A stretch of 36,135 bases of DNA from NCBI RefSeq assembly GCF_000315625.1, contig NW_005434520.1:21250-57384 (forward strand), given 5' to 3'. Position 1 is the stretch's first letter. Each line of letters begins with the position of its first letter. This DNA comes from Guillardia theta CCMP2712. Its lineage: Eukaryota; Protista; Cryptophyta. Under the pieces are notes generated by a model, which did not search any database, was not told the DNA's origin, and was given only the letters and a program-made list of their open reading frames with translations. The position numbers were made by a program, and so were the translations under genes. This document shows, piece after piece, positions 10,644-25,630 of the stretch.

Positions 10644-10920
10644 TCACAGGACCTGTGCTTGTCCCAAGGCGTTCATGATCACCCTATGCTCTCTGATCAT
10701 GGCGATGCTGGCGTGTAAGGCAGCCACCTGCTTGTCGGAGCTGAGAGGGCAGTATGCGCTTGCCCCGACTTGTGGGCGAGCGGGAGAGGGACCGTCGATG
10801 GACGAGGAAGGAAGGGAGGAGGGGAGGAGCAGGAACGGAGCATGGAGAGGGAGGGGGGGGGCGAGGAGCTCGTAGGAATGTGGGAGAGGAGGCGGCAGCG
10901 GCAGGCGGCGTCACCATCAT
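10644..10920 (-). pseudogene. Small protein family, copy 7: paralog of copy 5 with a 4-bp frameshift (tail ...HRVIMNALGQAQVL*)
   Basis: Aligns to 6527-6760; extra CGTC at ~10793-10796 relative to copy 5. Confidence 0.7.
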
Positions 10921-11169
10921 GGCCGCTCCAGAGGAGCAAGATACACTAGCAGCGGCTACCTCGCAACCTTTCGTGCAGTGCTGGGCCCCTGGCAGGACCC
11001 CCTCCATCATCATCTAAAACCGAGGGGTACTGGTACACTTTGAGAAACCGTGACCGGCGCGGAGCCCGTCACTGGCCGCCGGCCCAGCTCGGGCCGGACG
11101 CCGGCCGGGCCGGACAACGCCGACTCGCCAGGCCTGCCAGGGCGGGCCTGCTCACCGGGTCACTGAGGG

Positions 11170-13127
11170 CCATTCTGTAGGATTTTGGGCAGGTAGGCAT
11201 ATACGGTATCTTGTAGGGTAGTCCCTGGGAATCGAGGGGTGGTTTAGGGATTTCAGTTATTTGTACCAGGTAATTTGAGACCTTACGAAATTGATTTCAA
11301 ATGTTCACTAGAATAATTTTTATATGTCAATAACAGTACAAAATGAAAAATATTTTATTTTGCTGCCTCCTTGTCCTTCACTCACCGGCATAGATGCAAA
11401 CCATCTGATCCATTGGATGAGAAGCAGTTGAGAGAGACAATGACACAGGTGAATCAGAAGCCCAACATGCATGTGTGCTGGAAGGCTTGCGACGGATGTG
11501 TGATTCGGAAGCTTACACATGTGCTTTGAGTTTTTCAATGAGAGTTTTCCTCTGAAATATTTTATTTTGCTGCCTCCTTGTCCTTTGCTGATGTGGACCA
11601 TTTGATGAGAAGCAGTTGAGAGAGACAATGACACAGAAGGTATCGCAGATATCTGGAAGCCATGCAGCCCAATGATCGTTGTGAGAGCATTCAAACGGAT
11701 AATCTCCGTGTTTCACTTCCCTTGTTACAACACTGCGCGCTGGAGAGTTCACAGATACTCTGCAGAGATGATTAGCTTCTCAAGAGACTTTCAGATAGAA
11801 TTCCAGCAAGAAAAGCATGCAGGCTTGATTTTGACATATATATTCCTGGATTCAAATGAATACTTGCTGTGTCGCAGAAAATTATTGTTGATGCAAAGCT
11901 TGACATCTGACTTGCAGCGAAAAGCAGCACACTTGCTGCTCAGATGCAGAGATGTTAAACCAAGCTTTATTTGAGAGGACCCTCAACTTTGGTTTAGTAA
12001 ACTATCATTAAGCTCAAATTCAATCTACCATATTGAGTGGAGGAGGTTATCTAACATATGGAAACACACTCTGACAATCTGATTATTACGATCAGAAAAT
12101 CAGAAGTGTTGCATGAATCAGTATCGTAGACCATAAATTTTATAGGAGAACATCCGCTTCGCACCTGCCTAGAACATTTAAAATGAGGCTACCTACATCT
12201 GATTGATGGTACAATATGCAGCTATGAGGAAAGCTTAACGCATTTGGGAAATTTCCTCAAATTTTTCCTGGCCCAAACTCTCTTCATTGTCACGAGTCTT
12301 TCCATACCATCTTCGAAGAAGCAACATTCTCTTCATACATTTACATGTGTCCATGCTTCTTCATACGTTTGCATGTGTCCATGTTAACTGTTGCAGGTTC
12401 TGACAGAAATCCTGTATAAACCTCAGAATGTGCTTCATAGGGGTTAAGAAGGTAAATATGACTGGGCGGCTCATCTGCAGGAAAATCTTCAAGGCTATTC
12501 AAAACTTTCCAAACATGAGGAGGATACGATTTATCCTAGACAAACACATGACGACAACGCCTTGTGTTGTGTTGCTCCCGGCATGTAACATGCCAAAGCC
12601 CCATTGACGGTGAAATTCGCATCCTTGCTTGCCATGCAGTGTTGCTTGTAGAAAGAGAATGCTTGGGATCTCGAGAGACTCTGCTCAATCATCACAATCT
12701 CATGCTCTGTTGTAGAATGATGCCATTCCAAACATGAATCTTCTTTGGCTGCGGTGGGACGATTTCCACCCACCCCACATAGATTTTGGGCTAAGCAGCA
12801 CCGGTATGTTGTGACATTCTGTACGGGATTGGAAGTTCCTGGTAACAATATGTAAACATCATGTATGTGTTTATATATATAAAAATTAATAAAACGAAAA
12901 TAATACAAATGTCTAACTGACTCATACAAAAATAGCTATCAGATATTTGAACAAAAACACGCTGTATTAAAACTAATTCAACGACCCCTCTCAAACAATC
13001 CAGGTACCACCACCCCCTTATTCAGGGGAAACCACCGGGTCATTAGTCATAACCGGTACTGGGAGATCGAGAACTGACAAAAAGCCACTTTTCCTTGGTT
13101 TTTCCTGGGCGAAATCCTACAGAATGG
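11170..13127. mobile_element. Putative non-autonomous TIR DNA transposon, ~1.96 kb, AT-rich
   Basis: Perfect 16-bp inverted ends CCATTCTGTAGGATTT (11170-11185 and 13112-13127), extending imperfectly to CAGG. G-rich left and C-rich right subtermini. No clear TSD or transposase. Confidence 0.7.
11348..11637. repeat. Internal imperfect direct repeat (11348-11448 vs ~11556-11637)
   Basis: AATATTTTATTTTGCTGCCTCCTTGTCCTT and GATGAGAAGCAGTTGAGAGAGACAATGACACAG each occur twice. Confidence 0.85.
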
Positions 13128-13136
13128 GCGTCTCTC

Positions 13137-13300
13137 CTGATTGTCCTCGTACTGATTTTTAACTTAACTTTGAGTAAAGCAGCGAGGATTTTATTTAAAG
13201 TGCCTTTTACTCAAACTTAAGTTAAATGAATACAAAAACCAGTACGAGGAGAATCAGTTTTACTCAAAGTTAAGTTAAAAATCATTACGAGGACAATCAG
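13137..13300. repeat. Palindromic element: 42-bp inverted arms plus a third degenerate copy
   Basis: 13137-13178 matches the reverse complement of 13259-13300 at 41/42; degenerate copy at ~13206-13257. Confidence 0.9.
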
Positions 13301-13363
13301 TTATAAAAGCACTTGCATTTTGGCTTGGCAGACCCAGTGGCAGACCCCCGACTGGCTTCCGGC

Positions 13364-16947
<3,584 letters not shown>

Positions 16948-17009
16948 TCTGCATGCTAGAAAGTTGCTAATCCCCTCGAGGAGGAGATTCGTGGTTGACT
17001 TGCGGTTGT

Positions 17010-17844
17010 CTATCTTCGAGATGGCTGGTTCCCTCCCTCCTATCGATGACGAGCAAGTAGGTATGAGCGAAAGGAATCAGAAGGAAAGGAGGAGAGACGA
17101 GGTTGAGATGGCTCGGGAAAAGAAGAGGAGGGAAGAGAAGAGGAAGAGAAGAAGAAGGGAGGAGAAGACAGGAGAGGGGAGAGGAAATGAAGAGAAGATA
17201 GATATGATGGGGATGGGAGGAGGGGAGAAGAGAAGAGGGGAGGGAAAGAGAGGACGGAACGTGGCGGGAAGGGAACGGAAGGGGGAGGGGGGGCGGGACG
17301 GGAGGGACCTTGTCAAGCTCGTCTTGCTGCTTCATCATTGACTCCAACATCCTGCAACCAGCGCGTCTCTCACTGTCCAGCCTCTCCCTCCCTCCCTTAC
17401 AAAAAGTCCTCTTCTCTGAGCATGTCCATCGCGCCCTCCTCGTCCAGTCCTTCCAACCTGACGGCCAACGTCAGCTCATGTCGCAGCAGGACGTGACTAC
17501 TGTTCTTGAAGCTTCTCCGCCTGATCGCTCCGCCTGCCATCGCCGTCATGGTGAGGAGGAGCAAGCATGACGACACACCTGCTGCGAAGCGCCTCCTCAA
17601 TCGCCCTCCTCCTCTCATACCCTTGCACGAACTTCGCAGCTTGTTCCTCACTGTGGTGAGAAGCTGTCAGAAAAGATCCTCCTGCTCCTCCTCCTCCTCC
17701 TCTTGCTCACGCGTTCTTCTTGGGGGGACAAGGAGCAAACGGAGAAGTCGGAGAGATGGCAATAGAATCGCATGATGACACGTTGAAAACTTCCTCCAGC
17801 CTGATCGTTTCCGAACATGCTCTTCCTCTTCGTCCTCCAAGTCT

Positions 17845-17896
<52 letters not shown>

Positions 17897-18136
17897 CCTT
17901 CTCCTCCTCCTCCTCCTCCTCCTCTTTCCACAACTCCAGCTCCTCCTTCCGCCACCCTCGCGCTCGCTCCTCCTACTGTCTGCTGTGACTGTCCCGTGTC
18001 GGCCTCATCGTGCTCCAGCCCCAGCACAGCTGGGATGGGAGGTCGTCGGATTATCATCCTGTATCCGAACCTCTTCTGTCGTAGCAGCATATCCTCCCTC
18101 CTCCTCGCTGTCTTCTCCACCACTTGAACTCTTGTG

Positions 18137-18186
<50 letters not shown>

Positions 18187-21107
18187 ATACAGATGAAGTT
18201 GCTGGTTCCAATCCAATTCCTCATAATCTTCGAAATCTTTCACATCATGCTCGTCTCCATAGTTTGCCAGTCGCTCCAGTTCCTCCAAATTGTGCTGCTG
18301 CTGCTGCTGCCATCTCGAATCCTCCTCCTCCTCCTCCTCCTCCTCCTCCTCCTCTTCCTCTTTCAGTTCCTCTAGCTCCTCTAGTTCATCTACGAGCTGC
18401 CGCCGCTGCTCAGCATGTCCAATTTCTCCCCTCAAACTCTCATCAGTTGCAATCTTGTCCAGGCGGCATGGCGTGGTTTGCCACTCACTGTCCTCATACG
18501 ACATCTCCTGCTCCTGCTCCTGCTGCTCCTTCCCCCCTCCCCCTACCGACCTCCTCTCCTGCTGCTCATCTTCCTTGGACAAGCTTCGCCAGGGAGCGAC
18601 AACCAGCTTCCTCAAACTGACCAGCAGGACACGCTGAATCGCTCCTCCTCCCCGCTCGCTCTCTTCGAACTGCCAGTAGCATTCGGAAGGAGCGACACTG
18701 CTGTAGAGGAGCTGGTCGAAGAGGACTTTCCCGCTGACCTCCAGTCTCATCCTCCTCACCGTCACGTTCAGCTTCACGTCCTCCCTCCTCACGTCCTCCT
18801 CCACCGGCCACAGCGCGTTAATCCGCTTCCGTCCATCCTTGAACTCGACACCGTCATCCCCTTCCCCCTCCTCCTCTCGCCCGACGTTGCCATGGTCTGA
18901 AGTCGCCGCCGCCTCCTCCTTCTCCTCCTCCTTCTCCTCCTCCTTCTCCTCCCCCGAGCCGAACTTCAGCCTGATCTCCTGGGCCGCCCTTGTGCCGTTG
19001 GTAGCAAGTAAGTTGGTGCTGCGAAAGAAAGCGAAGCTAGCATCCTCCCCGCACGCTAACTGGTAGCACAGCAGCTTCACCGAGCTCTGAAGCGTCAGGG
19101 GGCGAGGAACGAGCACGTCGCTGCTATGAGCACCTAGCAAGAGCTGCCCCTTGTCGTTCCTCCCGAAGCACAGCAAGCTCCCGTCCTCCGCAAGGGCCAC
19201 CGTGTGCATACTGCCGCATGCAACCTGCAAGAACCTCATGCTCCTTGCGCAGACAACCCGGGCAGGAGCCAACCGCCTCCTCCTGTCGCCCATGCCCAGC
19301 TGGCCGTGGCTGTTGCTGCCCCACGTTAGGAGGCTTCCGCCTGCAGTGATCGCTGCCGCATGTCGCCAGCCACATGCCACATCAGCAACTCTGTGCGCTA
19401 GGGGGATGAGGGTGGGCACTGTGACGGTCCTGCCTATCCTCCGAGGGTCGGAAGTATCAGCTGCCTCCTCCTCTCTCCCCGCATCCCTTCCTGCCTCCTC
19501 CTCCTTCCTTGCTCGAGCCGCTCCCGAGTATCCTAACCCAAGTTGCCCATCGTCATTAGAACCGCATGTGAACATGGAACCGTTTGCGAGGAGGAAGATT
19601 GTATGCTCCTTCCCGCAAGCTATCTTGAGGATGGAGGAGGAGGAGGAGGAGGAGGAGGAGGAGGAGGAGGAGGAGGAGGAGGAGGAGGAGGAGGAGGAGG
19701 AAGGTAGAATGACCCTGTGAGGAAATGCAACTTTGCTCTCGAGGCTACCAATGCCCAGCTGTCCTCTCCTGTTGTCTCCAAATGCAAAGATGTCTCCTCC
19801 TCTCGCCATCACCACAAACGTCTGAGCAGGTCCACACGCCACATCCTTCACGTCCTCGCCCTTTCCAGTAGACCATCGAGTGAAGGAACGAGCTCTCCTC
19901 CTCCTGTTCTGACCCCTCTCCTCCTCCTCCCCTCCTCCTCCTTGATCCCGAGCTGCCCGTGCGAGTTGTCCCCAAAGAGAAACAGCCCCCCTTCAGCGTC
20001 GACCATTGCGCTGTGACGTGAGCCGCATGACATGTGGGACCAAGCTCGATCCGACAAGCTCTTGATCAGCACAAGCCCTCTGCTCCTCTTCCTGATCCTG
20101 CTCAGCAATTTCGGATTGCCTACTGGTACGTCCTCGTCCTCGTCCTCGACGTCCTCGTCCTCGTCCTCGTCCTGCTCTGTACAAAGCTCCTTCTCCTCCT
20201 CCTCCGTCATCCCCAGCTGCCCACAGGTGTTGTCTCCCGCCCCGTACAGCAGTAGCTTACTGTTGGCGGCCACGAGCACGAGCGAATGTGCCGATCCGCA
20301 GCAGACCTTTCGGATTGTGCTGCGAGGAAAGTTGAGGGAATGCCTACAGGTGCAGGAGAATGTGGACGAGGGAGAGGAGGAGGGGAAGAAAGAGAGGGAG
20401 GGAGGGGAGGAGGAGAGGGGAGAAGAGGAGTTACGAGGAAGCGCGAGTTTCCCTCCCCTGTTTGATCCAGCACACAGCACTCCACTCTTCACCCCTTGCA
20501 GCACAGAATCCAGACTACCCGCTGCTCCTGCATTGCAAGCAAAGCATCTGCTCCTTGCATCCACTCCGTCGCCTTCATGTCCGTCTCCCTCACGTCCGTT
20601 CCTTCCTGCGGAGGAGGACGGTGCAAACTCCAGTTCCTGGTCCCCAACATCACAGGCAGCGGAAAGCTCGTCTGCCCCACCTCCACACACTAGATCCCCA
20701 TCAACGCTACTGCCCTCGTCCGGTATCTTCACTGCAAGGTACGTTCCATCCGCCTCCTTCTTTCCCACCTTATCTGCAGCCTGTGTCTCCGCCTTGTTGT
20801 TGGTGTACTTGGAACCCATTCTCCTCATGGCGTTTTGATACCTTGCGGTAGCTGCCCCGGCATCGTTGTCTCCCGTGAGGAGCTGCTGCATGTACAGCTC
20901 AACGTCAGAGGTTTCGAAGGATAAGGCGTTGTTGATGCTGTGGGTCGCTGGAGGAGGAGGAGCACTTCCGCCACGTAGTGTGAGAGAAGGGAGGGAAAGG
21001 AGAAGACGGCGAGTCAGCCTCCTCTCGCTTGCTCCTTGGATGTTCGGCTGGTATGTAGATACTAGTGACGCGAGAGTGACAAGAATCATCGTTATCCCTC
21101 CCTCCAT
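17010..21107 (-). CDS. RCC1-repeat beta-propeller plus CS (p23/NudC-like) domain protein with an N-terminal hydrophobic leader; frame break at ~19850
   Basis: Multiple VACG..H..GxNxxGQLG repeats and a CS-like segment (VRREDVKLNV..ECYWQFE..LVSLRK..WRSL). Short 3' exons splice in frame to TAG at 17012-17010. Confidence 0.85.
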
Positions 21108-21840
21108 GATTCAGTTCGTTGGGCGACAGCGTCGGCAGACTGCAGGCTTCAGACCGAGGAATGAAGGGAAATTTTCAGCATCAAGGAGAAACATCGACCT
21201 TGTTCAACCATCTCATCTCAATGTCCTCAATCTATCTCGATCTTCATCTTCTGCCATCATTCATCTTCACTTCCTTGCACCTGCTCACCGAGTCTGCCCG
21301 CTGTCTCCTGCCACCATATTGATACCTTCCGAACTCATTCCCTCCCTCCTGCTCTTGGACTATGTACGACCCACCCACCCCTTGCGAGACAAAATGATTG
21401 TACCCGTACTTTGATCACTAAATTAGAGTCCAACTACCCGGTACTAAGGTGTACCCACCATAAGGACCCAACTAATAATAAGTCCGTCAAGTCCAAAGAC
21501 GACCAGGGGAGGAACAGCTTTGAGAGTGAGCAGGAGAGGAAAGATGAGAAGGGAGGAGAGATGAGAGGAGGAGGAAGGGTTGAGGCGGTGGGGGGACGAG
21601 AAGGAAGGGAAGGAGGAGGAGGAAGAAGCTACTTGGCTAGAGCATGCAAGATTCCTGATTATACAGATGGACTTGAGCTTGTTCTGTTTCTAAAGTTACA
21701 TGTCAATGGAATCTAGAATCTATTTCCCATGGGACAGGCGCATGCGACCGCAACGCGCTCACTGTCTGCGTCCTTCTCCTCCTGATATCACAACCTTCCA
21801 TCATACTGGTAGCATCTGGTGCGGTCCGCGGATAAGAGCT

Positions 21841-22926
21841 TCAGTCATCGAGCCCCCCACCTGCCTCCCGTGCTGGACAGGAGCAAGCTGTTCCACACGC
21901 TGAGTGGGCCTCATGGAGCTGAGGGCAGCCAGCAGTTAGCATCGAAAGACAGCAGGGAGGATGCGAGCACCTGTGGAACAATGCGAGGAAGCAGAAGGAG
22001 GGCACAGAGAAGATGAACATGTTGCTGAAGAGGAAGATCAACCCCCGGAGAGCAGCAGCCACCCAGTCATCGTCCCCGAAGAAGGAGGAGGAGTAGGAGG
22101 CGTCGAAGGGATCGCAGTCGTCCATGTCGCGCAGGAAGTGATCCAGGGACTGGAGGATGCCGAAGATGGCGGACAAGAACATGGCGCAAGCAAGGCGGAA
22201 GAGGGAGAGCCATAGGACATTGGGACGTCTTCGTTTCCTGCCTTCGTTGTGGAGAATGAGAATCCCCAGGAACAGAACGACGGCGATGAGGAGGAAGGAG
22301 GCGAGGAACGCGAGCCATGCTGGATCTGAGGGGAAGGGGGCGGATGTCAGAGGAGCAGGTGCAGAGGAGGAGTCACCTTGGCAGGAGAAGGCGTGAGGAA
22401 ACGACCCGATACAAGAGAAGAACATGACAAGGGATATCCATCCTAGAGATACCCATAGCGGCATCTTCAACACTCTCTGCGCCTCCTGCAGCTGCGCTCC
22501 TTCCTGGCTCGGGAGCCTCAGGCGGAGGACGAGGCGGAGGAAGAAGAAAGCAACGACGACGAACGCGATGAGGAGGAGGCCCAGGCTGAGGTAGCTCATG
22601 CTGGCATCTACTCGCTGCATCCTGCATAGGAAGTCGGCTTGGCTGTCGATCGCGGTTGAGTTCTGGTTGCTACCGCACTGATCCATCCATCTTGAGCCCC
22701 GCACCATCGGCCCCTGCGCCATCCACACGACATCAAACACCACGTCGCACGTCTGCATGAGATTGATAACACAGGTCAGCACGAGAAGCTGCATGTATGC
22801 TGAGCTCCTGTCAGCCCATACTCGGTTCCGCCTTACAATGGCCTGCACAGTCTTGCACATGATCGCCAAGGACAGCAGTCCGTACAGGCATCTTAACATG
22901 TATCCGTCAGATACTGAAGCTATCAA
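21841..22926 (-). CDS. Multi-pass (~7TM) membrane protein, GPCR-like topology; extra exons likely upstream to ~23340 and downstream
   Basis: About seven hydrophobic segments; short introns at ~22330-22377 and ~21925-21971. Confidence 0.7.
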   Translation of the reverse strand: MIASVSDGYMLRCLYGLLSLAIMCKTVQAIVRRNRVWADRSSAYMQLLVLTCVINLMQTCDVVFDVVWMAQGPMVRGSRWMDQCGSNQNSTAIDSQADFLCRMQRVDASMSYLSLGLLLIAFVVVAFFFLRLVLRLRLPSQEGAQLQEAQRVLKMPLWVSLGWISLVMFFSCIGSFPHAFSCQGDSSSAPAPLTSAPFPSDPAWLAFLASFLLIAVVLFLGILILHNEGRKRRRPNVLWLSLFRLACAMFLSAIFGILQSLDHFLRDMDDCDPFDASYSSSFFGDDDWVAAALRGLIFLFSNMFIFSVPSFCFLALFHRCSHPPCCLSMLTAGCPQLHEAHSACGTACSCPAREAGGGLDD

Positions 22927-23464
22927 ATTCTCATCACCTGAAACCTATCTCGATTGCAATGAACATCTCGTACGAGTATTAGGATGAGTTCTGACCAATC
23001 CCACAAACCTAGAACAAAGTTCTTGCAGCTCCGCCGCTTCAGGGCGTGACTTGCCGTATGATCAGGACGTATCTTCCAAGCCTCTAGTAGATGCTCCGAA
23101 AGAACTTTTCGGTAAGATGTGCGACTTGAGTGGAATGTATGGTTGGCAGTAGGGTCAACCAAACGGGAGCCAGTCTTCGGTGAATGCCCTCCTTTCCTGC
23201 TTACTGTCGTGCTTGCAACTCCAGATCAGTGTACACTGATTCCATGGTCCTAGTCAGTGTCTACTTCCCGTCCCTTGATGCTGATCGCTCCTCGTTCGCC
23301 GTCTCCCCAGCGCTCGTTCCCCATTGAACATCGGCACATGGCTGAAGCCTGAGCAAGAAACAGAAATTTGAAGGCCAATACGAAACAAATTTATGTGATG
23401 GATTTGATTAGTTCAAAATTAGGAGCTATGAATCAAATCATTCTGAAGTGAGACACAGAATCCG

Positions 23465-23504
23465 TTTACTCAAAGTTAAGTTAAAATCAGTACCAGGACA
23501 ATCA
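23465..23504 (+). repeat. Solo copy of the 42-bp repeat
   Basis: TTTACTCAAAGTTAAGTTAAAATCAGTACCAGGACAATCA matches 13259-13300. Confidence 0.9.
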
Positions 23505-25138
23505 CTGGGCGGACTCAGGGCCCGCCGGGCGCGGCGGCCCGCCGCCCGGCGGCCTGCCGCGACTGAGTCGGGGCCGCGCCAGCCTGGTAGGAGGCGGACT
23601 CGAGCACCTGCCGGCCGCCGGGGGCGTGCGACTAGGCCCCGACGCCGGGACACTGACTCGATGGCTACCGTGACGGCCTCCCGGAGGCTCCCGGCGGGCC
23701 GCGGCCGGTGGCATCATCAGTGATTTTTAACTGAGTAACCGTTCACTGGCAAGTTTGACGGTGAAGAGTCTAGGCAGTACTTTGGCAAGTTGAGTAAACA
23801 AGTCTAGGCAGTCACGGGCAGGAGGCCCGGCTCTCCGAGGCTCAGTGAGGCGCCGGGCGGCCCCGGTCACCGGGCGGCACTGCACTGGGCATGACCCTGG
23901 CGGCGGTCCAACAGGCTTGGCAAGGAGAACACCGTCGTGCCAGCAAGGGAGTCGCACGGTAGTAAAGTCATTCCCCAAGGTGCAAGACGAATGCTCGAGA
24001 ACGTAAGTGACTCCTTTAACAAAAAATCTGAGTCTCGAAAAGAAGAGTTATCAAATTACAAAGGATTGGCTGTCAGCTGCAGATTCATTGTTGAAGGACT
24101 TAAAGGAGTCAGATAGACACCTGGAAAATCTTTTTTGAGGTGTGAGGTGAAGGTCTGGGATTATCTGATTGTATCAATAGGAGAACCGAGGGAGCCATGT
24201 ATCAACCAAGTCCGAACAACAAGTTGGTAACACTTCCAGATTGTCTCTAGAATTTTCGAGAAGTAACAAAAGTCTTCAAGGAGTCAAATTAGAAAACGAT
24301 TCAGATTTCTTTCCGCAAAAAGATGTCAGCATAGACCAGTCATGGGAATTAATGTCAGCAGTTTGGTCATCAGGTCACGTTGGACCTCTTCCTCCTGTAA
24401 GGCTTGTCTCGGCCAAGGCATGAAACCTTCACCCACCCCCCCTCAAACTCACTCATGCAAATCTTACCCACCCCACCAGACCCTGGGTTTCCATGCGCCT
24501 GCCGAGCTGGAACCGTGGAGGCTTTTAACCCCTGCTTGTGACTAGTAGATGGACCCTTACACAGCAGCTCCTCTTCCTGTATGGACCCCTAGTACTGCGT
24601 TCCAACCCCCCTGCGGTACCACCCCATAGATCATGTTTACATGGGGGTACTGAAAGGGTCGCCCAGGGGTAAAGACCAACCTTGCACCCCCACCCCTACA
24701 TTCCCCTTCTGTAGCCTTACAGATCCCTTGACCGGTCCAACACCCTGTAAGGCTGGTGCTGACCTTTTCCAGCTTTCTAAGATCGAAACCTTTCATTTTC
24801 GAATTTACAAAACAACTTGTAGTCAGCAACCCCTCTATAAGACCACCTCCGACTCCTCCCTCCCTGAACAATTCCCTGAATCCCCCTGCCTTCCCTTGAT
24901 TCTTGCCCTGCCTCTTACAAGTCCTGCCTACCAGCCTGTCCTCACACAATCCTCTCAACCTGCTCGTAACCCCCTGATCCTTTCATTCCTGTCCTTTTCC
25001 TTTGCTTTCTTCCCAAAAATTATCTCTGAACAAGCATTGACATCAAATCTACATTTTTTCGCCCAAATTCCTTCAATTCCGTAAAAGTTGATGGCAATCC
25101 ACGGAGTATTCCTGGGAAACATAGATATTGTTGTAGAC

Positions 25139-25630
25139 ATGGATGGCAAACACTCGCCTCCTACCCCCGCGGAAGAGGATCAGTCTTCGAAGGCCAAAGT
25201 AGCAGGGGTTCGCAAAATCCCCCATTCCGACACTCCTGGTAACTTGTACAAGATGAGAAGATGGTTGTCGTCTTCGCGGCATCCTACCAAGAGCGCATGT
25301 GAGGCATGCAGACAAGCGAAGACCAAGTGCCAAGAAACTCGCCCTTGCAAGCGATGCATGAGCAGAGGCATGGAGTGCAGAACTTTAAGTCCGATACTAC
25401 AGCCGTCCATCTTCACCAACGTCCCCCATGATCCCCTTTTCTCTCCTCTCGCTGGACCAGTCTGGCAGCCCTCGGAGCAAGCATCCAATGAACTGCATCC
25501 TTGTACTTCTCAGCCCTCCCTTCCGTTCGAGGTTGTGAATGATCGCTGCGAGTCTCCCGCAGCGCTATGGCGAGGAAACTTTGAAAGCGCTCTCATGGAC
25601 GAGGCCTTGTTGCATGTCTCCAGCCATTGA
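25139..25630 (+). CDS. Zn(II)2Cys6 (GAL4-type) zinc-cluster protein
   Basis: CEACRQAKTKCQETRPCKRCMSRGMEC fits CX2CX6CX5CX2CX6C; alternative in-frame ATG at 25091. Confidence 0.88.
   Translation: MDGKHSPPTPAEEDQSSKAKVAGVRKIPHSDTPGNLYKMRRWLSSSRHPTKSACEACRQAKTKCQETRPCKRCMSRGMECRTLSPILQPSIFTNVPHDPLFSPLAGPVWQPSEQASNELHPCTSQPSLPFEVVNDRCESPAALWRGNFESALMDEALLHVSSH

Noticed and set aside
13137-13300. CRISPR-like repeat-spacer array
   Set aside because: Only three copies in mixed orientation, no regular spacers, eukaryotic context and no cas genes.
16964-17775. Separate plus-strand gene(s)
   Set aside because: Better explained as antisense to the spliced 3' exons of the RCC1 gene.
23438-23978. Arg/Pro/Gly-rich ORFs on both strands
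   Set aside because: Artefacts of a GC-rich palindromic island lacking stop codons.
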